The translations under genes and the position numbers were made by a program. Positions 24,401-35,885 of a stretch of DNA of 64,000 bases are shown one piece after another. Source of the DNA: Callorhinchus milii (lineage: Eukaryota); the NCBI RefSeq assembly GCF_018977255.1, contig NW_024704742.1, positions 30,320,001 through 30,384,000 of the forward strand, given 5' to 3'. The stretch's first letter is position 1; each line of letters begins with the position of its first letter. Below the pieces are notes generated by a model. It saw only the letters and a program-made list of their open reading frames with translations. It searched no databases and was not told where the DNA came from.

Positions 24401-27400
24401 TGGAAAGCATCAATACAAAGATCTAAAAACACACCTACATCCTTGATGGGAGAGTGGGGCTAGTTGGATAGCTCTTTCAATGAGCATTTACAGGGCTATG
24501 GGGTAAAAGTGGGGGATTGTGACTTATTGAATAGCTTTTTCAAAGAGCCGGCATAGGCACGATGGGCCGAATAGCCCCCTTCTGTGCTATAAATTCTGTG
24601 ATCCTATAAAAGAATATGCTGCTGTAGAATCCACTGTCTGAAATCAGAAGCTTAGAGGCACAAAGTTCAACTCAGGAATTTTGCTTTATAATAACATAAT
24701 AATCCTTGCATTTGATATTGTGAATTATCACGTCTTCTAGACGTCTCACAGAATATACTGTAAAGTGAATTGACTGTATATTTTGAGGGAGAATCGCCGC
24801 AGCCAATTGTGCACAGCAGTATCCCACAAACAGTCGTGGATTGAGTGACCAAATTATTATTATTTTTTTTGATGGGATTATTATCCTCGGAAAAGCGATC
24901 CGTCAATCGACTAACAACTGGGTTCCTACTTACTGCTAGGTAAACAGGCGTGTGGAGTAAGGAAACTTGCCCAACATTTCGCCCTGCCCTGTTTGGGAAT
25001 CAAACCCAGAACCTCTCGCTTGTGGGGCGAACGCTCTAACAACTAAACTACAGAACTCCACATTGAAGCTTTGCAGTCTCATTTATTACAGTGCAATGTG
25101 ATGAGCTCCAGGGTAGAAGCTGGTGCCAGCGCAGGTACAATAGGCTTAACAGCCTCCTATTGTGATTGTTAAATTGAGTCACATGTGTTTGAAACATAAT
25201 GTTTCAGTAAGCTCGATCTGTGCGTCTAGAAGACGTGAAAAGCGCTATATCAAATGCAAGCATTATTATTATATGACACCAGCCAAAAATTATTAAGGTG
25301 AAGTTAACAATAATATAAATTGGAGCGATAAATTTTACTCACTGGGTGCTGTGAAATCTGTAACATATTGTAAACTGAGATCCCAGGAAAACAGATTGAC
25401 TATTTCTGTGATTAGAATTGCGTGGAAATATCACAATTTTCATTTGTTTATGCCAAAAGATGACACCAATGTTTTATTGACGATAGGAACACTAAGCCTG
25501 CTTCATGTCCCTTTCCTGATGCGCCCCACAGTTGTGGGCACACTTTCAGCTATTGTGTCCCCGCTCTCTAAAACTCCAACCCAGAATCCCGCCACCCAAA
25601 CCTTTGAAGTCTTTCTTCGGCCTATATTTTTGACTGTGCTTTTGGTTACCTTTTCTACACCGTCGTTTAGCTTGGGTTCCCTCTGGAACTCCATCCCGGA
25701 GCCCCTCTGTCTTGTCCTCTTACCTCCTTCAAGGCCCGTCTCAAGACCTTCCTTTTTGACTGTGCATCTTCTCTCCTCCACCCCCCTTACCCTCCACCCC
25801 TGTCTGATCCCAACTCGCAACTTGGGTGCAAGCCCCACATTGTCCAACCCCTTGGGACTTCCTCCTGATGTGAAAGGCGCTATATTAATGCGATTTGTTA
25901 TCATTATCGTTATCATTGTTGTTGTTGGGTTATTTCCAGTCAGATATTTAAAGCGTATTTTAAGATATCGTCATGTTGTAAAAGGAGCTACAATGCAAAG
26001 TTAGAATTGCTCTTTATTGTTGTAAGAACTGGTAAAGGGGGATTCTTTATCTCAAACTAAAGGCACGTGACCAGCAGTGACCTGATTTCCAGGAGGCAGT
26101 TATCAAGTTCATGTATGTTCCAACAGTTGGTTTCAATATAAACTGATATCAAGATCTATAAATTTCCCGCCCATCCGAGGATTACCCTTAAAATCTTTGA
26201 ACCTTGCAATTGAAGCAATTGAAAAATCAATGATTCTTTCACTGTGATCTTGATGACTGTCTCATGGTGGATGGTATGAACTGGCTTGCGGTGCAACTGA
26301 TAATGCTCAAGGTCCCATATTTAAAGATTGGATCTCTTATTATCATTTATGACCCACTGGGTACCAGCCTGGAACAGTTGGTATCATTTTCACCTCTGAA
26401 TTCAAGCCCCACATTGGAACTCTAGGTTGACACTCAAATACAGTGCTGTGGGAATGCTGCATTGATGGAGGTGCCTTCCTTTGGATGAGGTGTTAAAAGA
26501 CACTCCTGTCAATCTGCCTGTACAGGTGGATATTAAAGATCCCATGTCATAATTTGAAAAGAGAAGGGAGTTTCTCTCGGTGTCCTGGCCAACAAATCCC
26601 TCAAATAAAATTGGTCATTTATTTCACGACTCTTTGTGGATCATTACTATGTGCAAATTGGCTACCACTTTCGCCTTTAAAATACAGTCACATTAAACCG
26701 TGTGATGTGCTTTGAGATGTTCTCCTGGCATGGAAAGTACTATATAAAAATGCAAGGATTGTTGTCTTCTCAAGCCATAAAGCAAAACCAGGAAATGAGT
26801 CCTGCATGTTCAGACCTTACTTAACGCACTCAAGATACAACTTGAGGAAACTTCATCAATTCTTAACTTATAAACTTATAACTTATACATATAACTTATG
26901 TTGTCGGGGGTGATCTGATGACATAGATGCTTTCTTTAGTGTGGGAAGCTCACTAGCTTTCTGCAGCATGGACAGCTCGATTGCTTCCCATACAACCCTT
27001 TATAACATGGGTAGAATTTTATGGTCAACAACCCCTATCCTTCCCCAACTGCTGCATTACAATGGAATTCTGTTGTATACATGCATTCAAATGTATATTT
27101 TGGTTATTTGTTTTCTTTTTGCATTTTACAGCAGTCTTAGTGTGTGTCTGCCCAAAGTGGAAGGGGATTCCACTACCAAGCTCGACAAAAAGCATGGTGC
27201 GATGAGAGAAATGATGTCAACATTGATGAATTTAAACGTTAGTATTGATATTTCTTTTACTAAATAACTCACTTTTTTTGTTGAAGGCAGTGAACAAGTG
27301 TAAGTACAGTCTAATGTCCAGGGTTTGCCTACAAAAATACGCAGTCACTACACTTTACAGTGAATCCTGTGAAGCGCTTTGAGGTGTCCTCCTGATGTGA

Positions 27401-30400
27401 AAGGCACTATATCAAAAGCAACGATTATTATAAGATACAGAACATTGTTCTGAGCAGGAGAATTGCTGATGTTGAAATCATATCTAGTGGCGGAATGGGA
27501 CGAATGAGGAAGAACACATTTCACGGAGGTTCAATTTATGCAGCTTTCTTTGTTTAAAATAGGTGATCACTAACTTCAGCATCAGACAATTTATCCCATT
27601 CATAGCCTACTCATTCTAATTAGCATTGCCATGAAGCCAATAATAACCTTCCAGCTTATCAGTGCAATACAACAACATGCCCTTATACAGTGCCCTCCAT
27701 GCAGGGTAGCGTCTCAGAGCACTTAACATGGTATCAAGAAGTACATTGGAACCTCAATTACCCACTGTATTAATGAGCCAACCTTCCCTCCACTCTATTA
27801 GGTATTATTTGAGAGTATAGGCAGTGGAAGCTTTTTGTGGTGGGGGAGGGGAGTTGTATAAAGTCATGCAATAATTTTGCATTTTTTAAATAGTCCTTGG
27901 ATTTGATATTACGCCTTATCATGTTATCAAGCTATCTCAAACCGCTTCACAGGATTTAATGTAAAGTGGTGTGTCGGAGTTGTTTTGTCAGTGAAATATC
28001 AATCTAGTTGAATGTGTGAAAGACAAAATGATTGTGGCACATAAGTGATCAGTAATTCTTAAAATTTTATGTTTTTTGCTTGATTTTGCTTTATGTACTT
28101 TGATACTGTTGATCTGATAATTGACTGTTCCGAGAGCAAATTAATAAGTGTTTTTCTAGTGACAGGTGAAATAGGATTGTTTAAAAAGAGACAAAGTCTA
28201 AAGGGAGCATATTTTGTTCAAAGTACGCATGCAAGATTCCCTCCACTCTAGTAGGTATTTGAGAGTACAGGCAGTGGAAGTTTCCATGTTGGAAAATGTA
28301 AACATATAAACTTATCTTATGTTTAATCTCTACTTAGAGTTGAATGCACTAACTTTATGTAGGTGAAAAACACTTGGGTATTATGTCCCTTGGTTTGAAT
28401 AAAACTCTGTAAGAAGCTGCAGAGCTGTCAGTGTGAGAAAGCTGAATGAATATCATTACAGCCCACCATTAACCTCTGTTGAGTAGAGCAAACTTATTTA
28501 ACTTTGGGTTAGTCAATCTAGGTGTTGCTATAACCACTCCTCCATGATCAATACAGAGCAAGCAAAACATTTTATAAAAATCTACAGAACACATTTGTTA
28601 GGCGGGTAACCCCTGGAATTTCAACTTGCCTGTAAGACAATTCCTTGTTTCGTCCACAAATTACACAAACAATCCACCTTTACAGTATATTCTGTGAAGC
28701 GCATTGAGATAATAAAAGTCACATCTGAAATAATGAGTCACAGGTGGACTTTTGGGTCTATTATTTTTGACAAGCGATATCGATAATGAAAATGTTAACA
28801 CATTTATGTATGTTGAACGTATGTTCAAGTGTTGTATAATCAAGTGCTATATAATCCAAAACATGCATTAGATATGGTGGTAAAAAACATTTTGTATCAT
28901 CCATATTTATTTTATAAAAACATTTCTTATTTTATTTTAGAAATCTTTGAGCATTCCTGCCAGCATAAGTGTAAGTATTCGATACAGAGTGCATCAGTGT
29001 TCTCAACTGTTAATACAGAATACATGAGTGTTCTCAACCATTCATTCTCCAGTTATACTACAATGAGGCTTCAGCTTGGCTCAATTGGAAGCATTCTCAG
29101 CTCAATTGGAAGCACATTCGCCTCTGAGTCAAAAGGTTCATTGACTCGCGTTGGGACTTTGAACTCAAGGTCTAGGCAATGCAACAACAACAACAAGATT
29201 TCATTTATAGAGCGCCTTTCACGTCGGGAGGACGTCCCAAGGCGCTGGACAGTTGGGTCGGGACCCGAGCAGGGGGGAAATGGTCAGGGTGAGGGGAGGG
29301 AAGGGAGGGAGCGAGGAGGGGATAGAGAGTCGAGACGGGAGCTGAAGGCACGGTTGAAGAGAACCCCAGGGGTGAGGGTGTGCTGCCATCAGAGGTGCCG
29401 ACCTTCAGATGAAGAGTTAAACTAAGATCCTATCTGCCTGTTCAGGTGCATGTTAAAGATCCCGTACCACTGCTCAAAAAGAGAAGGGAGTTTCTCAGTA
29501 ACAACAACATTTGCATAGCACGTTTTACGTCAAGAGGACGTACCAGAGTGCTGGGCAACAATCCCCAACTATGGCTGTTTGTGGGACAATGCTGGGTGCA
29601 AATGGGTGCTGCCATGTATATGTTTTGGGATGCCCTTCTGACACGAAAGGTATAATAAAAATGTAAATTTATATTGTACAAATACACAGTAACTACACTT
29701 TAAATACTGTGAAGTGCTTTGTTTCATCCTCTTGATGTGAAAGGTGTATTATAAAAGGCAGGGGGTATTATAACCAATCTATATGAAATGCCAGGATTAT
29801 TATTATGATCAATTTCATGCCCTGCCTGTCGTTGAGCAGCTCAGAGTGGTAGCAAGAGTTTGCAATCTATTCCAAATCATTGGGCTTGGTTCTACAGATG
29901 AGTGTGCATCCAAGCTAGTAAGCCGATGCATTACACAACACTCCTTCAGGAGCACATGGATCTGTCTGTCTTGAGACCTTTCCTAAGTTTTAGTGCTCCA
30001 ACAGACTGCCCATGAATTTTAAAACTTAGAAGGGAACTGAAGGCTAGATGGAGTCCCATTTTTGTTAAGTTGTCTCTGCATCAGAGATACCCACAGCCGT
30101 GCACTGTGATTAAAATCTAAAGCTACCTACTTTCGGGAGCAGGACTCAAAATCACTTAAACTGAAGCTCATGACAGTTTTCTGGGTCAGTTTAGTGCAGA
30201 AACCAAATCAAATCAATACAGATCAGTTTAGCCACATTCGTAAATTTAAGGATTATTATTATTATTGTTCGTAAAAGAGTACCAGTTTGAGCTGTTTTTC
30301 CATTCCTTTCTTACTGTCACTGCAATTCCTCTCAATCTGTTCCTCTACCTTCAGAATCCAATAAATGTTTTAAAAATCTCACTGGCACAGAAGTCGAATA

Positions 30401-33400
30401 ATTTGCAACTGCGATTCTTGAAAGCGAGACTGACAACATTTTTGTGTGATCAGTGTTCATTAATGGGTTACAGCAGGTTTAGTAGCGCTATTTCTAGACT
30501 GATTTTGCATCTTTCTATATGAAATGTTACTGAGTCTCTAAAACTGCTTTTCTTTTCTTTCAGGATTTAACTTTGTACAGCCCTGAAAACGTACCTGTAA
30601 GTGATAAGTATCATTACATCTCCAATTTTCTAAACTCCACAGCACTGGATTAGAGAGGGGGAAATTCAGACAGGGGTTGCCACTTCTACAGATTGCTCTG
30701 TAGGGACCACTGCTCGAAGGTGGGCATGTGTGGACATTGCTAGAAGACAGCATCAAGCTCAGATAACTGTCAAGGCTTACATCAGCATATAATTCATGGT
30801 CAGATAACTGTCAAGGCTTACATCAGCAACAAAGCTACATTTGTATAGCGTCTTTCACATTGGGAAGACGTCCCAAGGTGCTGGACAATCAGTATTTCGG
30901 ACCCGAGCTGGGGATTAGGATCAGGGAGGGTGGAGGGCAGGGGGTGAAGGAGGGTGATGGAAGGCATGGTTGAAGAGGAAGATCTTGAGATGGGTCTTGA
31001 AGGAGGCAAGGGAGTAGGTAAGGCAGAGGGATTGCGGGAAGGTTTACACAAGATCACAAGATTAGTTCGGATGAATAAGGTGCTTTGGTCCATCTGATCT
31101 CATCCTTCCAGAACACCCATCTAATTGTCCTTGTATCACAGCATCAATCTTTTTTTTTAAACAATTCCAGTGTCCTGGCCTCAACCACCTATCTTGACAA
31201 CCTGTTCCAGTCATTAATCAGCATAAAAAAACTTCCTGAATGTGTATCTGTCCTGAAATTGCCCTTTGCAACGGTAAACCTATGTTCTCTTATTCTATTA
31301 TATTGGCGCGGGTTGTCAGTAATGCTAGTATTGCTTCCTGCGCATGTGTAGTGCACAGGAAGTTACTTTACTCCCTGTGCATAACACAGGCACTTCCTGT
31401 GCATAACAACAGCGCACACTATGCAGGAAGTGATATCAGCAACACTCCCTGTGAGTAGTGCCCATACATGAAGTGACAGTCAGCGACGAACTGACAACTC
31501 AGAAATGGCCAATTTTTTAGCACGGGAAGGTAGCAGATCAGTGCAAGACTGCATGAAAACAGAGCCATACTCTGTTATGAAAATAAAGCAATTGTTGCAT
31601 TGTTGGCTGTAACAAGCCTCATTATATTCAAAACTTATTGTGCATTCCAGAACTAAAACTGGTGTCAGCAGCTTTCCGAAGCTGATGTGTATCATGTGTC
31701 CAGTTATCTGATAATCTTATCCACCTGGATAGCACTGCTTTCAGCTGCTGTTTTGTTCAGCTACATGAAAACAGCAGCACTTCTCTCAAGTCTTTTGTGC
31801 AGATACTTAATGATAATAATAATCTTTGCATTTGATATAGTGCCTTATTATCTTCGAGATGTCTCAAAACGCTTCACAGAATATACTGTAGAGTGAATTG
31901 ACTGCATATTTTGTGGGCGAAACCCAGCAGCCAATTGCACACCACAGTGTTCCACGAACAGTTGTGGGACCAATTTATTATTATTATTTTTTTTGAAGGA
32001 ATTTCCCCCAGAATAGTGATTCGCCAATCGATGAACAACCAGGTTCCTACTTACTGTTAGGTAAACAGAGGCGTGTGGAGTAAGGAAACTTGCCTAAGAT
32101 TTTGCCTGGTCGGGAATCGAACCCGGGTCTCTCGCTAGCAAAGTGAGTGCCCTAACCGCTGAGCTACAAGACTCCAAGCTAACACTTCTTCATTTAAGAC
32201 TGTTTCAGCTTGTTCTGGATTCTTCCTCTCGATCAAAGAGGAAGGTCTTGAGAAGGACCTTGAAAGAGGTGAGAGAAGGGGTGGGGAAAAGGGAATCCAG
32301 GAAGGAGTTCTAGAGAGCGGGAGCAGAATGGCTGAAAGCCCGACTCCATTAGTGGCGGGTAGGAAAGTTTACTGAATGCTCCCAGGCAGTGCTGCACAGA
32401 CAGGACTCCAGGTGCTGTTGAAATGCTGATTAAGCAGCCTGATTTTGAAACAAGTCCAATCTCGAGTGATAAAAGGAGGAGGAGTGATCCTGGATGTTGA
32501 ACAGTTTTAAGAAGATTGTATTTGCACATTGTTCCTGTGTAGGGTAAGTTCAGGACATAGGACACACACCAATAATTATTTCAAGGACAACCAACAGCTG
32601 AAGCATGTTATCAGGAAGGATGGTAGGGGCCACGTATGCCAAACACATTTTGGAAACAGTTTGTGCTGTACTGCGAGGATGATAGGGCTGGTATTGTAAA
32701 GCATTGTGGGAATGGTAGGGCTGATATTGCATGATATTGAGAGGATGGTAGGACTGGTATTATATTGTATTGGAACAATGGTAGGGCTTGTATTGTATTG
32801 TGAGGATGGTAGGGCTGATCCTCATTCCAACCTTTAAATTGCTCTATGGTCTTCTCCACACTATTACTGCAACTTCCTCCAACTCACGTGCACCCTCTGC
32901 TCAGTGAGCACCGGACTGCTTAATGTCCCCCATCCAGTGTTCAGGCTTGCAGGGTATCTACCCCCACTCTCTGGAGCACCATCCCAGAGTCCCTACTACA
33001 TATTCCTTCCCTTATCTCATTCAAGACTTTCCTCATTGACCGCACTTTCCCACCTTCCAGTTTGCCAATCCCAGCTCAGCTGCAAATGCTGTTCAGGACC
33101 TTGGGATGTCCTCCCGATGTGAAAGATGCTATGTAAATGTAAATTTCAATTTCATTGTATTATATTCTGGAAGGATGAGATGCAATGCGCAAAAGGTCCT
33201 TCTTCATACAAATCTCTCTCTTGTGATGTTGTGCCCTGCAGCCTCAGACAATTTCCTAGTCAATGCAACGCACAAACATTTTGTGTAGTTCCATTACCAG
33301 GCAAACGTGTGGCGGGCTCACTGGTGTATCTTGTCACTGTGGAAGATGTGGAATCACAAAGTGGAGTGATGGAGGACAGATAGTTATACAAATGTAATTT

Positions 33401-35885
33401 GTTGTTGTTTTGTTTCCTGATCAATGAAATCAGACTCAAGTTGAAATGTCAGCCTACGTAGAAAGAAGGAGAAGAAAATCCAACCTTTAAGACTTGCAGG
33501 CAATGGGGATATTTTACCTGTTCAATCAGAATTGATCAAGTAAAACAGAATCTGCTTTTTCTTTTTCAGGAGAATTGCTTTGACGCTGCCCTTCTGTGCT
33601 TCATGAAAGAAATGAAAACTTTAGAATTTGAGATGAAACTTGTCCAGAGCAAGAATCACCAGAAATTGTCAATATGTAACCAAATGTTGACGACTTATAA
33701 GAGATTACTTCATGAGGTAAGATATAAAAGCAGCATTATGAAATGCTGCTCGTTCAAAAAAATAGTAATAATAATCCTTACGTTTGGTATAGCGCCTTTC
33801 ATGTTGGGAGGGCATCCCAAAGCACTTCACAGGATACACTGTAAAGTGAAGTGACTGTGGTTTGTAGGCATAAAACGGAATATATTGTAAACTGGATTGA
33901 CTGTATATTTTGTGGACGAAACGCGGCAGCCAATTGCGCACAGCAGTGTCCCACAAACAGTAGTGGATTGAGTGACCAAATTATTATTTTTATAGTTGAA
34001 GGGATTAATGCTCTAAGTCTGGCAACATCTCAGCAACTGTTGAAATACAGAAAGGTTCTGGTCTTGTTTTTTTCCCTGCTAGTACCTTCCTGTAGCTTTC
34101 TATCCTTCGGTAATACAAATATCCAAAGTCAACATGTTGGAATTTCCGATCCCGAGGTTCAAATAATGACCCGACAATCCAATTAAGGTGTAAATAGAGA
34201 TTTATTAATCAAAGTAACATATACAAAACCAGTAAAATAATACTGCCACTACAAGTAACAGAACTTATACTACCAGTTTTGGAGTAGTCAGTCAGTTGCA
34301 ATGGTTTCAGCACACCTTTACTCCGATGGTTCGGCTGCCCTCTTTGTCTGGCTGGATCTACTGTCTTACTTGCCTAACATCAGGGTAGTTATACTTTTTC
34401 CACCTAAGGATCTTCCCCCCTTCTTCTCCAATCAAGCATCTTAGCGCATACCCAACGTACTTGACCCTTGCGCATCCTTGTACCCATATCTACTGGATAA
34501 GCAGACCCTTTTGAGACAAAGCAGCTTGCTCATTATTCTTCAACACATGACATCTTGCTTCTCCCTTCCAAGGCCGGAGCCTGTCTTTGAAACATTTAAC
34601 ATGATCGGCATATGTTCACAGAATACTGAGCAGCTTTACTTAGGTGTGCTCATGGAATGCAGATTTCTTGTGCCCTTCTTGAAGCCTGTTCTATGCCTTC
34701 TCTCACCATCACAACTGACTGACCGTTGGCCTTTCAGAACCAGGATGGCTTATTCTGCCAATTCCTTAAATGTTAGTAAAACAGTTTCTTTCTCTCCCTG
34801 TTTCCTACCGTCATGCATATATGGGTATTGATATACATATATACATTAATAGTGAATATATATATTCATTATTAATTCTTCTATTGCTCTTCTTACAAAC
34901 TATATTAAAATCCACCTTTTCTAACAAACAGCAGCCAATAATGGAGCCGGTATGAAATTTCCTTTTGACTGGCTAAACGCAAGATAGAGCAGCAATTGAG
35001 AGAGAAGTAATGAAGCTGACATGTTACAGCACTTTGTCATGTTGAAACATTTCAAAGGACTTCATGATTCATTTCTGTCAAGTATATTGACTATTAGTAT
35101 GCAATTTCATTTCAGAGCTCTGGTTAGCTGTGGACTTAGGCACTATTATTTTCAGAAGGAAATTTAAATGGTCACAGTACTGCTATGAGCTATTATTACC
35201 ATTTATGTATTATTTCATATTGTCCCTCTGCTTCCATTTTGTATAATCAGCTGTTTTAGGGAGAGTGACACATGACAAATGCAAATGGTAGTGTGTGCAT
35301 CATGTGATTTGCTCTCATATTTGACCTGGTGTAAACTGTGAGCATTTCTGTTGAACAAAGGGGTCCTATTCACTTATGCAGGGCTTATATAATAGCATAG
35401 ATCTGCTCCTGAGATGACTACCCCCATTAAAGAATACTAAACTACACTTGTTTACGAGCCAATATCTTATCACATCAAAGCATTTCAAATGGCTTTGCGC
35501 AACAAGAGATTTTCCAGATAAAGTATCATTTTCCAGTCGAAACATTCAGAATGTCACACATGATTAAAAGTCATGCATGAATTTTTTTTGGGTCAAACTC
35601 ATCACCATCTTTAAGAGTATGCAAACCAGACTGAGAGTTCCATGCATTCCACCTACCCATGGAAATTCCCATGTCTGGAATGACTCAATTTGAGGAATTT
35701 TAACTTAATAGAAGAAATATACAATTCAAATTTATTATTCATCCCTGTGTCTAAAGATGCTTTTTCTTTTACAGCTTAACGATTGCAAACCTTGTGAAGA
35801 ATTCCAAGAAAAAAATGTCACATCTTTTCTAAGCGGCTTCATATCATTACTACAGCAAATTATCAAGTTTAAATCCGTAAACTAG
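9398..35885 (+). CDS. IL15: Interleukin-15 precursor, 6 coding exons, 187 aa: [187 protein letters not shown]
   Basis: Exons spliced by hand; all introns GT-AG with polypyrimidine tracts, phases 0,2,0,0,0, one open frame. Motifs match mammalian IL-15 exon by exon: CYL..TEAG, LPKxE, DxTLY, C-x6-CF-x2-E, CKxCEE-x-EKN-x3-FL-x2-F-x3-Q. The long leader with TEAG and LPKVE favours IL-15 over IL-2, IL-15L or IL-21. Confidence 0.92.
12912..16234 (-). pseudogene. L2 endonuclease/reverse transcriptase ORF split by about three frameshifts (near 16030, 13800 and 13100)
   Basis: ORFs 15761-16243, 13725-16028, 13048-13749 and the end of 12912-13724 join into one protein. The sister copy at 42421-42440 has one extra G at the 13800 break. 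Confidence 0.85.
16286..16613 (+). mobile_element. tRNA-derived Deu-domain SINE (short, young subfamily) nested in the L2 5' UTR
   Basis: A box TAGCTCAGTGG, B box GTTCAATTCC, Deu-like GCTGTGCGCAATTGGCTGCCGCGTT, L2-type tail and (ATT)n. Confidence 0.9.
17516..17900 (+). mobile_element. SINE, long subfamily, with triplicated tail
   Basis: tRNA head, extra internal segment, three copies of AAATGCAAGGATTATTATT. Confidence 0.85.
18460..18770 (+). mobile_element. Full-length SINE (short subfamily) inside an older SINE, TSD TAATAT
   Basis: Near-identical to 16286-16613; the flanks rejoin into an older SINE 3' half. Confidence 0.9.
19539..19639 (+). CDS. IL15: IL15 coding exon 2 (long leader, [33 protein letters not shown])
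   Basis: Acceptor TTTTTTTTCTGCAG|, donor TG|GTAATA (phase 2); resembles human [33 protein letters not shown]. Confidence 0.9.
20110..21140 (+). mobile_element. L2 fragment (RT and C-terminal region)
   Basis: [20 protein letters not shown] and SRLDY remnants. Confidence 0.9.
21820..23450 (-). mobile_element. L2 5'-truncated copy
   Basis: RT motifs ([15 protein letters not shown]) and a 3' tail. Confidence 0.9.
24695..25062 (-). mobile_element. Full-length SINE, long subfamily
   Basis: Reverse-complement tRNA head, Deu domain and tail. Confidence 0.85.
27132..27237 (+). CDS. IL15: IL15 coding exon 3 (end of signal peptide, helix A)
   Basis: Acceptor TTTTACAG|, donor [20 protein letters not shown] aligns with human CFSAGLPKTEA. 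Confidence 0.9.
30564..30596 (+). CDS. IL15: IL15 coding exon 4 (33 nt, [11 protein letters not shown])
   Basis: Acceptor TTTTCTTTTCTTTCAG|, donor CCT|GTAAGT; matches human DATLYTESDVH. Confidence 0.9.
31810..32176 (-). mobile_element. Full-length SINE, long subfamily
   Basis: Same structure as 24695-25062. Confidence 0.85.
32665..32820. repeat. Degenerate ~28-30 bp minisatellite (..GAGGATGGTAGGGCTG.TATTG..), about 5 units
   Basis: Directly visible. Confidence 0.8.
33570..33716 (+). CDS. IL15: IL15 coding exon 5 (helices B and C)
   Basis: Acceptor TTTTTCTTTTTCAG|, donor [30 protein letters not shown] resembles human PSCKVTAMKCFLLELQVISLE. Confidence 0.93.
34135..34926 (-). mobile_element. 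Solo LTR (792 bp) antisense in IL15 intron 5
   Basis: Termini TGTTGGAA...TTCTAACA, perfect 4-bp TSD AACA (34131-34134, 34927-34930), minus-strand AATAAA at 34201-34206 and a TATA-like box near 34390. Confidence 0.8.
35775..35885 (+). CDS. IL15: IL15 last coding exon (helix D), stop TAG 35883-35885
   Basis: Acceptor TTTTTCTTTTACAG|; [25 protein letters not shown] resembles human [25 protein letters not shown]. Confidence 0.93.
   Translation, partial: LNDCKPCEEFQEKNVTSFLSGFISLLQQIIKFKSVN

Noticed and set aside
30759..30828. 29-bp direct repeat
   Set aside because: Simple local duplication next to an L2 tail, with no further structure.
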